DNA of 60,873 nucleotides, filler included. It is 6 parts of 6 records of this genome, joined end to end, with 100 filler letters (N's around TTAATTAATTAA, not from the genome) between each part and the next. Parts side by side here need not be neighbours in the genome. Positions count along the whole stretch, not along the records: positions 55,509 to 60,873 come from SRR31156797_5610; 5 more parts are not named here. One strand, given 5' to 3'. The notes below the pieces were generated by a model. That model was not told the DNA's origin. It was given only the letters and a program-made list of their open reading frames with translations, and made no database searches. The position numbers and the translations under genes are program-made. Each line of letters opens with the position of its first letter. Within the stretch, counting starts at the first letter, position 1. Below, in pieces: positions 60,373 through 60,873 of the stretch.

Positions 60373-60871
60373 TATTAGATTCCATTTCAGTTTTAATTTT
60401 AGATAAATAATCTTTTGCTAGTTTTGAATACTGTCTATTCTCATAAACCCATTCTCTACCATTTGCTCCAAGATTTTTTCTCTCTTCTTCATCTAGATTA
60501 ACAATATTTAAAATCTTATCTTTTAACTCATTCGCATCTGATGTATTTTCAAAATAACCACAATTTGCTTCATTTATCATAGAAGGATAACCTGAATAAG
60601 AAGCAATTATAGGTTTAGAAGCCAACATATACTCAACAACTTTATTCATTGATTGTCCATATTCCCATACTTTTGAATCTTTTGTTGATAAATATAAGAT
60701 ATCACATTTTTCTAAAAAATATTTCACTTCATTTTGTTCAATTCTAGGTAAGAAAGTTACGTTAGAACAAGAACTTAATTCTTTTTCAAACTTTTCTCTT
60801 AAGTCTCCACTTCCTACTAACATAAAATGTATATTTATATTTTCATTCAATAATTTAATTGCTTGAATAAA
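60365..60871 (-). CDS. GT4-family glycosyltransferase, C-terminal part (5' end outside window)
   Basis: LVGSG and [14 protein letters not shown] motifs; frame open to the window edge. Confidence 0.85.
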   Translation of the reverse strand, partial: FIQAIKLLNENINIHFMLVGSGDLREKFEKELSSCSNVTFLPRIEQNEVKYFLEKCDILYLSTKDSKVWEYGQSMNKVVEYMLASKPIIASYSGYPSMINEANCGYFENTSDANELKDKILNIVNLDEEERKNLGANGREWVYENRQYSKLAKDYLSKIKTEMESNNA

Positions 60872-60873
60872 AG

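Overview
This window is not one locus. It is six unrelated contigs joined by an artificial 100-bp spacer (44 N + TTAATTAATTAA + 44 N) at 5221-5320, 13805-13904, 24402-24501, 47126-47225 and 55409-55508. Taxonomic guesses come from gene content, base composition and promoter style only. (1) 1-5220: one open minus-strand frame, absent from the ORF track, encoding part of a giant BvgS/EvgS-like hybrid histidine kinase (Desulfobacterota-like). (2) 5321-13804, the most interesting part (Desulfobacterota-like): a Cys-rich small protein, a Cys-rich AraC regulator, a 68-aa unknown and a GEMM-I cyclic-dinucleotide riboswitch. These precede an atypical type IV filament/T2SS-like operon with an oversized acidic major-pilin candidate, a second pilin with two tandem GspG-like domains, a PilM-PilN (GspL-like) fusion, PilO, a PilP-like protein and a truncated lipoprotein (possible secretin). 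(3) 13905-24401 (Clostridia-like): LacI-controlled alpha-glucoside cluster (GDE-like hydrolase, GH65, ABC importer, beta-PGM) with a consensus sigma-A promoter, three operators and a GH42 remnant. (4) 24502-47125 and (5) 47226-55408 (Bacteroidales/Marinilabiliales-like): tandem chemoreceptors, clpB, DPP-IV, an ABCG-like fusion transporter, orphan siaBC, cysE, NadR-like/pnuC, S41 protease, guaA end, dusB, rbfA, trpS. (6) 55509-60873 (Campylobacterota-like): bacillosamine genes pglC/D/E/F and rfaD. No rRNA, tRNA, CRISPR array or transposase was seen.
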